NCBI GenBank assembly: GCA_028286645.1
Contig: JAQBRF010000004.1
Span: 273,536 to 337,535 of the forward strand
DNA: 64,000 bases
From: Candidatus Nomurabacteria bacterium
GTDB taxonomy: Bacteria > Patescibacteriota > Minisyncoccia > Phycocordibacterales > UBA5272
Direction: 5' to 3'
Every line of letters begins with the position of its first letter. The stretch's first letter is position 1. The notes beneath the pieces are model-generated. The model was given only the letters and a program-made list of their open reading frames with translations. It did no database searches and was not told where the DNA came from. Below are positions 36,969 through 44,646 of the stretch, in pieces. The translations under genes and the position numbers were made by a program.

Positions 36969-37349
36969 ATGAATACGCAACGTAGCTGGTTCATGCCCTT
37001 CGCTATCACTGTCATCCTGCTCCTCTGTTCTCTCGGTTGGTTGACTATGGAACACGGAGCCAGAAAACTCGCGCAAACCCAGAAGGAGAGGGCCGAGCAG
37101 GACCTCAAATTCGCCCACGAAGACACGAAAGAGCGGGTCGAAAGCATCCGAGATGTGGTCATCGCCCACATGATCGAGGAATACGCCGCGGAAGAAGTGC
37201 GTGAGTGCAAGAAACTGCGATCTCCGCAAGACGAGAACTGCGTTATCGGTGCGAAAGCAAGCCAGCAGCATTTCGCTCAGAAACTCTGGGATGACATGCT
37301 GCGGCGCGCTTCCACCATTCAGTACAACAAGAACAGGAACGGACGTTAA
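36969..37349 (+). CDS. hypothetical membrane-anchored protein, GC-rich ORFan cassette G
   Basis: RBS ACAGGAGAC, N-terminal TM helix, high G+C, own terminator. Overlapping minus ORFs are rejected. Confidence 0.45.
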   Translation: MNTQRSWFMPFAITVILLLCSLGWLTMEHGARKLAQTQKERAEQDLKFAHEDTKERVESIRDVVIAHMIEEYAAEEVRECKKLRSPQDENCVIGAKASQQHFAQKLWDDMLRRASTIQYNKNRNGR

Positions 37350-37366
37350 CAACCGTGCAACAATGG

Positions 37367-37398
37367 GCCCCACCTTTACGGTGGGGCTATTTTATTTT
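37367..37398 (+). terminator. intrinsic terminator (GCCCCACC-tttac-GGTGGGGC followed by a T-rich run)
   Basis: Perfect 8-bp GC stem. Confidence 0.7.
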
Positions 37399-37540
37399 GG
37401 TAATAATTAACATCCGCTTTTAACTATTTTTTTAATACTTTTCCCAAACTATTGCCATCTTATTTAAATTTCATCCTTAAAACCGCCATTTGCTATAATA
37501 TCCACAAATACGACTCCACTTTACATACCAGGAGACCGCG

Positions 37541-37954
37541 ATGAATGCTTGCTCCTTTGTGCTCTTTGCAATGTTTCTTGCTTCTAACCTCGCCTATGCC
37601 GAGGAAGTTAAAGTAGGAGATTCCTTCCTCCTTCTCGAATGCTACGAAATACAGATGAAAAACACATTCCCCATCAGCAATAAAAACAGGACTTTCCAGC
37701 CTGGAGATAAATGCTTTATACAAAAGGATAGCAGAGTGACAGCTCTCGGCACCATAATTGCGACAGAAGAAATTTTTGCTCATTATCTGGTTACAGTTAC
37801 AACACAGGCAAAAGGAAACCTCTGTCCTAATCAAACTAATTTCGTGGTAGGCAACATCTGCCCTAGTCAAACCGTCTTCTTCGTAAGCAAGAGTAAATTT
37901 GCAGACATGAAGACTAAACCCATCGAAAGCCAAACTCACCTCAAGGTCCGGTGA
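37541..37954 (+). CDS. secreted protein, GC-rich ORFan cassette H
   Basis: RBS CCAGGAGACC, signal peptide MNACSFVLFAMFLASNLAYA, own terminator. Confidence 0.5.
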   Translation: MNACSFVLFAMFLASNLAYAEEVKVGDSFLLLECYEIQMKNTFPISNKNRTFQPGDKCFIQKDSRVTALGTIIATEEIFAHYLVTVTTQAKGNLCPNQTNFVVGNICPSQTVFFVSKSKFADMKTKPIESQTHLKVR

Positions 37955-37979
37955 GAACAACGGTGGCTAAGAAATTGGT

Positions 37980-38008
37980 AACCTACAGAAAACGTAGGTT
38001 ATTTTTTA
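37980..38008 (+). terminator. intrinsic terminator (AACCTAC-agaaaac-GTAGGTT followed by T6)
   Basis: Hairpin plus TTTTTT. It overlaps the stop codon of the convergent capA-like gene. Confidence 0.6.
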
Positions 38009-39027
38009 TTAATTATAACTTCGCCCTTTTTAATATTTTCCTTTATATTTTCTTCCGAGCTATTTACAATAGTATTTAAAATTTCCTGTTTTAATTCTCC
38101 TTCTGCTATAAAGGCCTGACTCCTGTCACTTCCCACTGGGATTAACTTGTAAACAATATTATTCCCATCCGTATTTATTTCTACAGTTAATCCTTTTTCA
38201 GTATCCTTTGAAAAATACTGATCAAATATAAAGTTGCCTAGCGAATAAAATATGGGTGAGTTTTTATAGACTTCCACCCCTTGTACCACATGCGGATGAG
38301 ATCCCACTATAGTATCAACTCCGTTATCAATTAGTTTATGAGCAAAAGTTCTTTGTTCGTCCCCTTGCGTTAAATCATACTCATTTCCCCAATGAATAAA
38401 TGCAACAAGAATTGCTTGAGGATATGCAGCTTGCAGACTTTTAGTAACAACAAGAGCTTTATCTTCATCCCAAGAAAGAGAAATCATATTTATGCCATAC
38501 ACGATGACTTGGGTATTGCCAATAAAAGTCTGGTAATAGTCCGGCACGGTTGTGTCATATGCTCCTACAGTTGAAATACCAGTATCTAATAAAACTTTTT
38601 TTGTATTTTCATAACCTGGGCGGCCCTTATCAAAGCCGTGATTATTCGCTAAAGATACTGCTTGCACTCCATGATCTTTCAGAAACTGCGGAGTAGTAGA
38701 AGGAAATGAGAAGGTCATTCCATTTATAGGCGTCGGCCTATGTACCTCCGGAATGGGACCTTCTAAATTAGATATCGTTATATGAGATTTTAAAAATGGC
38801 GTCGTGGTGCCAAATGGATCAAGCCCTTCATTATTCATAAGCGTTTCCACATATCGGCCCAGCATTATGTCACCAGTAAATAAAAGTGGAATATTGGGGG
38901 TGGGTTCAATTTCTTTAACAACCGTCTGAGGAGCTTTATATGTTTCCGTACTAAATGACTTTAAATAGAAAAATAAACCAGCGATAACTAGAATGGTAAG
39001 CCCGATAGTGGTTAGTATTTTTTTCAT
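37999..39027 (-). CDS. CapA/PGA_cap-family metallophosphatase (poly-gamma-glutamate capsule-synthesis-like)
   Basis: TM anchor, then LLFTGDIMLGR...NLEGP...SLANNHGFD...GAYDT...HWGNEY...VGSHPHVVQGVE...SLGNFIFDQ, the PGA_cap metallophosphatase motif set. Confidence 0.75.
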   Translation of the reverse strand: MKKILTTIGLTILVIAGLFFYLKSFSTETYKAPQTVVKEIEPTPNIPLLFTGDIMLGRYVETLMNNEGLDPFGTTTPFLKSHITISNLEGPIPEVHRPTPINGMTFSFPSTTPQFLKDHGVQAVSLANNHGFDKGRPGYENTKKVLLDTGISTVGAYDTTVPDYYQTFIGNTQVIVYGINMISLSWDEDKALVVTKSLQAAYPQAILVAFIHWGNEYDLTQGDEQRTFAHKLIDNGVDTIVGSHPHVVQGVEVYKNSPIFYSLGNFIFDQYFSKDTEKGLTVEINTDGNNIVYKLIPVGSDRSQAFIAEGELKQEILNTIVNSSEENIKENIKKGEVIINKK

Positions 39028-39196
39028 TGTTTTAAGTATCGCATAAATTATGGCGGCAGAGTCTCCTCTGCCGCCATTTTCAAACGGGTTTCTCCCTTCT
39101 GCTTCTCCCGCTCTCTTGCTTACACAATCCTTTCTATACGTTCACCCCTGGATTACAGTCCGAAATAGGAAGCTCGCCAGCGAATATCCTCCCTTC

Positions 39197-39721
39197 TTAA
39201 GACGAAAGAAGACCCATCAGGTCAGGGAGTTCGCGCCCGCGAATTTTCTTCAGGAGAGCGGTCAAATCAATTGGCGTTTTCACCGACGTGATAATTTCTG
39301 AAGTGGTGTATGGAGCTTGTCCATCGTCCACGACCCCGATCTTGACCAGCCCCATTTCTTCGAGACGCTTGTATGCTTTATCGAAATGAAAGGCGGCCAT
39401 TCCAGGGTGGATAGCCTCCACCATATCTCTTAACCACCACAGATCCCTTCTTCGAAAAACGACGGTTCGGGCAGGGTTTCTTGAAAGTGCGATTTCGTCG
39501 ATATGGAGCCGCACGATCAACTCTTCGGTGGTCATGACGACGAAGGTGCGCTTCTGCACCACCTCTGCCCCATACTTGAGGAGCATGTCACGCTTCATTT
39601 GCTGGTCGTGAACTTTTTTCTCTTCGGCCAGTTCGTTGGCAAACAGGCGCTTGATGAGAGCGAAAACCTTGCGGCAATATTTCTGGGACCGCTTCTCAAT
39701 GAAACCTTGTAGCATTTTCAT
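39197..39721 (-). CDS. hypothetical protein, GC-rich ORFan cassette I
   Basis: 174-aa ORF in a G+C-rich block adjacent to the tRNA-Thr att-like repeat. No motif. Confidence 0.45.
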   Translation of the reverse strand: MKMLQGFIEKRSQKYCRKVFALIKRLFANELAEEKKVHDQQMKRDMLLKYGAEVVQKRTFVVMTTEELIVRLHIDEIALSRNPARTVVFRRRDLWWLRDMVEAIHPGMAAFHFDKAYKRLEEMGLVKIGVVDDGQAPYTTSEIITSVKTPIDLTALLKKIRGRELPDLMGLLSS

Positions 39722-39783
39722 ACTAAGACCTCCATGAACGGGTTACAGAGAATCTATCACTCAAAACTCTATACGTCAAACAA

Positions 39784-39804
39784 TTGAGCCGTTGAGCAGG
39801 ATTG
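39784..39804. repeat. 21-bp direct repeat TTGAGCCGTTGAGCAGGATTG (duplicate of the tRNA-Thr(GGU) 3' end, att-like)
   Basis: Exact match to 39945..39965, which is the 3'-terminal 18 nt of the tRNA plus 3 nt. The 140-bp spacer contains two perfect hairpins, GTTTCGCA-tgtt-TGCGAAAC and GTAAATGTGAA-gcag-TTCACATTTAC. Confidence 0.6.
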
Positions 39805-39947
39805 GTTACAAATTTCATGTCGTCGCCACTCCATGAATTCGCAACCCGCCGCTCGTGGTTTCGCATGTTTGCGAAACATCACTGCGCGCTTCAATCCTGT
39901 AAATGTGAAGCAGTTCACATTTACTCAAAATACACTTCGTGATTTTG

Positions 39948-40020
39948 AGCCGTTGAGCAGGATTGAACTGCTGACCTCGTCATTACCAATGACGTGCTCT
40001 ACCAACTGAGCTACAACGGC
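39948..40020 (-). tRNA. tRNA-Thr (anticodon GGU)
   Basis: GCCGTTG...GCTCAGTTGGTAGAGC...CGTCA-TTGGTAA-TGACG...AGCAG-TTCAATC-CTGCT-CAACGGC-T. Confidence 0.85.
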
Positions 40021-40111
40021 TTATATAATAGCGGTCATTCTATCAAAATTACACCATTGAAACAATCTATTATATCCATTCACTAATTACTAATTACTAA
40101 TAACTAATTTA

Positions 40112-40804
40112 CTAATTACCTATCTTCCCTATTTTATTTTCTTTCTTCATTCTAAACTCGTCAATTAACTTATGATTGCCCGAAAGAAGAACCTTCGGGA
40201 CTTTATACTTTTTCTTATTAAATTCATAAACTTCTGGGCGCGCATACATTTCGTGAGATGCCATGCGAGTTTCTTCCAAAGAATTTTCATCATTTAACAC
40301 ACCTTTAACTTGGCGTGATATTACATCCATGCAAACCATTGCTGGAAGCTCTCCCCCTGTGAGGACATATTCTCCGATACTCCACTCTTTAGCTTTTAAA
40401 ATTTTCTTCACTCGAGCATCAATTCCTTCATAGCGTCCGCAGATGAAAATAATGTCAGTATATTTCTTGGCAGTTTCTTTGGCTATCTTATTATTAAACA
40501 TTGTTCCGCCAGGATTGAAAATAATAATTAAGACTTTAGACTTTAGATTTTTAACTTTTGATCTTTTTTCAATACTTTTTTGGATTTTTTCTACGCATCT
40601 TAAAATCGGATCAACCCACATAACCATTCCCGGACCTCCGCCATATGGACGTCCGTCCACTCGCCGGTGCTTATCTACTGTAAAGTCCCGGAGGGCATAT
40701 GTATCTATGGAAATTAACTTACTTTGAATCGCCCTGCTGATGATTGATTCAGCAAAGTAACTCTCAAACATATTAGGGAAAATGGTGACAACATGAAATC
40801 GCAT
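40112..40804 (-). CDS. trmD: tRNA (guanine37-N1)-methyltransferase
   Basis: MRFHVVTIFP...GRPYGGGPGMVM...FICGRYEGIDARV...EYVLTGGELPA, the TrmD SPOUT motifs. Confidence 0.9.
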   Translation of the reverse strand: MRFHVVTIFPNMFESYFAESIISRAIQSKLISIDTYALRDFTVDKHRRVDGRPYGGGPGMVMWVDPILRCVEKIQKSIEKRSKVKNLKSKVLIIIFNPGGTMFNNKIAKETAKKYTDIIFICGRYEGIDARVKKILKAKEWSIGEYVLTGGELPAMVCMDVISRQVKGVLNDENSLEETRMASHEMYARPEVYEFNKKKYKVPKVLLSGNHKLIDEFRMKKENKIGKIGN

Positions 40805-40864
40805 GCTTGACAGTATAACAAATATATTTTAGTATTTCAATTAACTTTTACCGGAGGACTTTCA

Positions 40865-41227
40865 ATGAGTGCCAGGATTATGTTCTTTTCGTTCCTGATC
40901 GCAGGAGTCCCGGCCTGGGGATTCGCATATCAAGGAAACGATATTGCTTTAGTCGCAATCGCGATCTTTACGACCAGCTGTGCCACCCTCTACCTACTCG
41001 CTCGTCACTTGGAAAAGGAGTCTGCCTTTGGCCCACTTTTCCCACGTGCCGCATTTGGCGCTATCATTCTCCCCATGACAATGGCAATGTTTATTGCAGC
41101 GGTGATTGCCTGGAAACATTGGCCCCAGGAAGCAATCTCAGGGAGCGTCATCAATCTTTTTTTAAGCATGGAAGGGCATCGATTAATTAACGGATGGAGA
41201 CTTTTCATTCCTGTAAAAGGGGAATAA
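40865..41227 (+). CDS. small four-TM membrane protein, GC-rich ORFan cassette J, inserted inside the rpsP-KH-trmD cluster
   Basis: RBS ACCGGAGGAC before ATG 40865, hydrophobic, G+C-rich, own strong terminator. It is opposite in strand to the surrounding operon. Confidence 0.45.
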   Translation: MSARIMFFSFLIAGVPAWGFAYQGNDIALVAIAIFTTSCATLYLLARHLEKESAFGPLFPRAAFGAIILPMTMAMFIAAVIAWKHWPQEAISGSVINLFLSMEGHRLINGWRLFIPVKGE

Positions 41228-41238
41228 AAACCCATCAA

Positions 41239-41268
41239 CGGGGTCGCTGAGCGACCCCGTTTTAATTT
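41239..41268 (+). terminator. intrinsic terminator (CGGGGTCGC-tga-GCGACCCCG followed by a T-run)
   Basis: Perfect 9-bp GC stem. Confidence 0.7.
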
Positions 41269-41295
41269 AATTTAATATAAAATATTTAATGAGAC

Positions 41296-41676
41296 TTATA
41301 TACCTTTTAGATCGTTCATTACAGAATCCACATCATCAGAATTATATTTCGGATACGACTGGCCGCCCTCCTCTTCTTTGCCTTCATTATTTCTGCCGCC
41401 TCCTTCACGAACTGGTCGATCCCCCGCCTCTCTTCCCTCTGGTTCATTTATTTTCAAATTCACTCGAGCATTATTTTTCATTCCCACAACTCGAAGAAGT
41501 GTTCTCAATGCCTTTGCCGTCGCGCCATCTCGTCCGATTATTTTCCCCATGTCTTCTCCTGCTACGTCCAAAGTTATCAAGACCCCCATTTCATCCACTC
41601 TTCTTTCTACCTTCACCTTATCTGGATTATCTACCAAAACCTTTACAACATATTCAACAAATTCTTGATCTTTCAT
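41296..41676 (-). CDS. KH-domain RNA-binding protein (YlqC-like, rpsP-associated) with a Gly/Glu-rich tail
   Basis: MGKIIGRDGATAKALRTLL is the KH GXXG loop context. Positioned after rpsP as in many bacteria. Confidence 0.7.
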   Translation of the reverse strand: MKDQEFVEYVVKVLVDNPDKVKVERRVDEMGVLITLDVAGEDMGKIIGRDGATAKALRTLLRVVGMKNNARVNLKINEPEGREAGDRPVREGGGRNNEGKEEEGGQSYPKYNSDDVDSVMNDLKGI

Positions 41677-41786
41677 ATATTTTATTTAGTGTAATTTCAG
41701 TTTAACAACCCCTCTTAATTATATAAAATAGTTATGCACATTGGAACAATATAAAATTCCCCAAGTTTGCTTGAGGAAGTTTATAT

Positions 41787-42086
41787 TTAAGCAGCTTTTT
41801 CTTCTTTTTTCACTGGGGACTTCCTTGGAAGTACATTCTTCTTCTTTCCTTCGATAATACCTTTGGATATTAGAAGGTTATGGACAGTAGGACTGGTCTG
41901 AGCTCCTACAGACATCCAGTGCTTTACTCGGTCAGCTTTCGCTTCAAAGACCCCGGCCTTAACATTATATGTTCCAATAATTTCTGAAAATTGAGTGGTT
42001 TTAGGCTTAAGAGTACTCTCACCAACTATTAGGCGAAAATATGGGTCGTTCTTTCTTCCAGTCCTTTGTAATCTGATTTTTAACAT
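41787..42086 (-). CDS. rpsP: 30S ribosomal protein S16
   Basis: MLKIRLQRTGRKNDPYFRLIV..., the canonical S16 N-terminus. Confidence 0.9.
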   Translation of the reverse strand: MLKIRLQRTGRKNDPYFRLIVGESTLKPKTTQFSEIIGTYNVKAGVFEAKADRVKHWMSVGAQTSPTVHNLLISKGIIEGKKKNVLPRKSPVKKEEKAA

Positions 42087-42131
42087 GTGCTCTATTCTAA
42101 CATAAATCTTAAAAAATGTGAATAGGAACCC

Positions 42132-44069
42132 TTAAATAAGCTGATAATCTATCATTCTCATCTCTAAATTAGCGTCTTTTACCTTTATTTTTACAGGTGT
42201 GCCTATTTTCCATTCAATGCCAGTTCTTTCGCCAAATACTCTGCCGCCCTTTTGGTCGTAGTTATAGAAATCATTTCCCAGATCTCGCAGCCGTATCATG
42301 CCTTCACATTTACTCTTCTTTTCTTCTACATATATTCCCCACTCTGATACGCCGGAAACCACCCCATCAAACTCCTGTCCGATTCTATAGCTCATATATT
42401 CTACTTGCTTGTACTTGATGCTTCCTCTTTCCGCATCCTGCGCTTCTTTTTCTCTGCGTGAGGCTTGTTGGCAAAGGCTTTCATAAAATCCTCTTTCCTC
42501 TTCCTTTGGGTAATCTTCATCTAACACCTTCATTAAAAGCCTATGAGTTAAAACATCAGGATATCTTCTGATTGGAGAAGTGAAATGTGAATAATAATCA
42601 AAAGCCAAACCATAGTGTCCGACATTTCGCGTGCTGTAAATCGCTTTCGACATTGAGCGTGTGATATGGATCTGGAGCAAATCCTTTTCCGGTCGGCCAT
42701 CCATCTTTTTAATTAAATCATTTAAGTCCTGGGAAGGAATAAGGCCATCCATAAATCTTACATGATAGCCGAGACCTCTTATATATAAATCTAAATCATG
42801 CATCTTATCTGGATCTGGCTTATCATGGATTCGGTAAATGCAAATTGCATGGCCCTCGCCGTTCTTTTCTTCCTGTTTTTTCGTAATGAATCGACTCACA
42901 TACTTGTTTGCAAGCAACATAAATTCTTCGATAAGCTTCATCGTGTCGACTCGTTCTTTTACATACACATCTATTGGCACACCTTTTTCATCTAACTTAA
43001 ATCTAACTTCTGGAGTTTCAAGAGAAAGTGCTCCGTCTTCAAATCTTTTCTTTGTGAGTTTCTTTGAAATATCATTTAATATTTGTAATTCTTCATAAAA
43101 ATCTCCGCTCTTTGTATCAATTGCAGCTTGGGCATCTTCATACGTATATCTTCTCGTTGAATTTATCACTCCGCGCCCATACCATTCATTGTGCACGACT
43201 CCGTTATTATCGATTTCAAATACGGCGGACATTACCAGCCTATCTTCACCTTGTACAAGAGAACAAAGATCATTTGAAAGAACTTCCGGAAGCATAGGAA
43301 TCACACGATCAACCAAATACACAGACGTCTCGCGATATACTGCTTCATTATCTAATGCCATTCCAGGACGCACATAAAAGGAAACATCAGCAATGTGAAC
43401 GCCAAGTTCGTAGTTTCCATTCGGAAGCTTTTTAAATGATAGGGCATCATCGAAATCCTGCGCGGTAATCGGGTCAATCGTAAAAGTTGGAATTCCTCTG
43501 AAGTCTCTTCTGCTTGCTTTATCTTCTTCTCTTATTCCTCTCTTTTGAATGTCTTCAGCCTCTTTTACCACTTCTACTTTATGTTCCTGGCTAAATCCTC
43601 TTTCAAGAGCGTACGCCAGCATTTCCGCATCGTTGTCGCCTGGAAATCCAAGCACCATCGTTACTTCTCCTATCGGAGACTTATGCGGGTCTTCCCACTT
43701 GGTTATGTTCGTAATTACTTTCATTCCTACATTCGCTTCTTTCAAAGATTCTTTAGGAATCAATATATCTGTATACATTTTCTTATCATCTGGAATTAAG
43801 AAAAATATTCCATTTTCTTCTTCGATCACTCCCGCATAACCCTTTTTCCCTCTTTCTAAGATTTTTGTAATTGTTCCATATAATTCATCTTCACCTTTTG
43901 GATTTTTTTTCTTTCCTAAAAGCTCTACTTCCACCATGTCGCCCTGCAAAGCAGTATTAAGAGAAGAATGGTCGACAAAAATAGAACCTTCTTTTGCAAG
44001 ATCCGGCACCCGCACATATCCATCTTTTTTTGAGGTAAGATTTACCGTTCCCGTAAACAGCCGTTCCAT
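42132..44069 (-). CDS. rnr: ribonuclease R / RNase II-family 3'-5' exoribonuclease
   Basis: N-terminal OB/CSD, RNB catalytic domain (DFDDALS, YTHFTSPIRRYPD), C-terminal S1 domain. 645 aa. Confidence 0.85.
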   Translation of the reverse strand: MERLFTGTVNLTSKKDGYVRVPDLAKEGSIFVDHSSLNTALQGDMVEVELLGKKKNPKGEDELYGTITKILERGKKGYAGVIEEENGIFFLIPDDKKMYTDILIPKESLKEANVGMKVITNITKWEDPHKSPIGEVTMVLGFPGDNDAEMLAYALERGFSQEHKVEVVKEAEDIQKRGIREEDKASRRDFRGIPTFTIDPITAQDFDDALSFKKLPNGNYELGVHIADVSFYVRPGMALDNEAVYRETSVYLVDRVIPMLPEVLSNDLCSLVQGEDRLVMSAVFEIDNNGVVHNEWYGRGVINSTRRYTYEDAQAAIDTKSGDFYEELQILNDISKKLTKKRFEDGALSLETPEVRFKLDEKGVPIDVYVKERVDTMKLIEEFMLLANKYVSRFITKKQEEKNGEGHAICIYRIHDKPDPDKMHDLDLYIRGLGYHVRFMDGLIPSQDLNDLIKKMDGRPEKDLLQIHITRSMSKAIYSTRNVGHYGLAFDYYSHFTSPIRRYPDVLTHRLLMKVLDEDYPKEEERGFYESLCQQASRREKEAQDAERGSIKYKQVEYMSYRIGQEFDGVVSGVSEWGIYVEEKKSKCEGMIRLRDLGNDFYNYDQKGGRVFGERTGIEWKIGTPVKIKVKDANLEMRMIDYQLI

Positions 44070-44182
44070 ATATGTATTTACTATACCATAACTTTACATA
44101 TTATTTAATTTCATGTAGAACTAGGTTACTCGTTGGCGTTGTGCCGCGAGAATTAAAGGGGTCTTGGCCCCAAGGAGTTCTT

Positions 44183-44608
44183 GTGAAAATTACTTCGTAT
44201 GTCGGTGACACTACAACCCAAAGCGGAATCGTAGGGGCTTTAAAGGATAGCACATTGAATACAGCCCATGCGGGGCTGACAATGGGATACAACCAGCTAT
44301 CTGAAAAAATAAAAAAGATGGTGCAGCATTGCTCCATTTCGCCGTATGTGGCAAACGCAGCAAATTACCGCGCCACATGCTCTATAAAGGTAAAGCTTTT
44401 GTATATGGCCGGTTTACCTGGAGCAATCATAAAAAGGGAGCCTGAGGTTGACTTCGGCTTGGCTCAAGAGGAGGTGTCCGAAGAAAGGGTCGCGGCGGAG
44501 TTCAAGAGAGCTGTAGAGTCTGTCCTTCAATGTGAGATAGATGCTCACCGCCGGAATGGTGATACGTTATTCATCGACCTGCATGGCGTCCAGCAATTGG
44601 CTTCTTAA
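44183..44608 (+). CDS. hypothetical protein, GC-rich ORFan cassette K (GTG start preceded by AAGGAG; the track ORF begins at 44072)
   Basis: G+C-rich from about 44140. RBS AAGGAG lies 5 nt before an in-frame GTG. Own terminator. Confidence 0.4.
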   Translation: MKITSYVGDTTTQSGIVGALKDSTLNTAHAGLTMGYNQLSEKIKKMVQHCSISPYVANAANYRATCSIKVKLLYMAGLPGAIIKREPEVDFGLAQEEVSEERVAAEFKRAVESVLQCEIDAHRRNGDTLFIDLHGVQQLAS

Positions 44609-44613
44609 CCCAG

Positions 44614-44646
44614 AAGGGCCTGTGAACACGGGCCCTTTATTTTATT
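44614..44646. terminator. intrinsic terminator (AAGGGCCTGTG-aa-CACGGGCCCTT followed by a T-rich run), shared with the convergent smc stop
   Basis: 11-bp stem with one mismatch, then TTTATTTTATTT. Confidence 0.6.

Noticed and set aside
36950-37410. Minus-strand ORFs 36950..37210 and 36966..37373 and the plus-strand ORF 37201..37410 overlapping cassette G
   Set aside because: No RBS. The plus-strand 36969..37349 frame is preceded by a TTGACT-16-TATACT promoter and a CAGGAGAC RBS, and followed by an 8-bp GC terminator.
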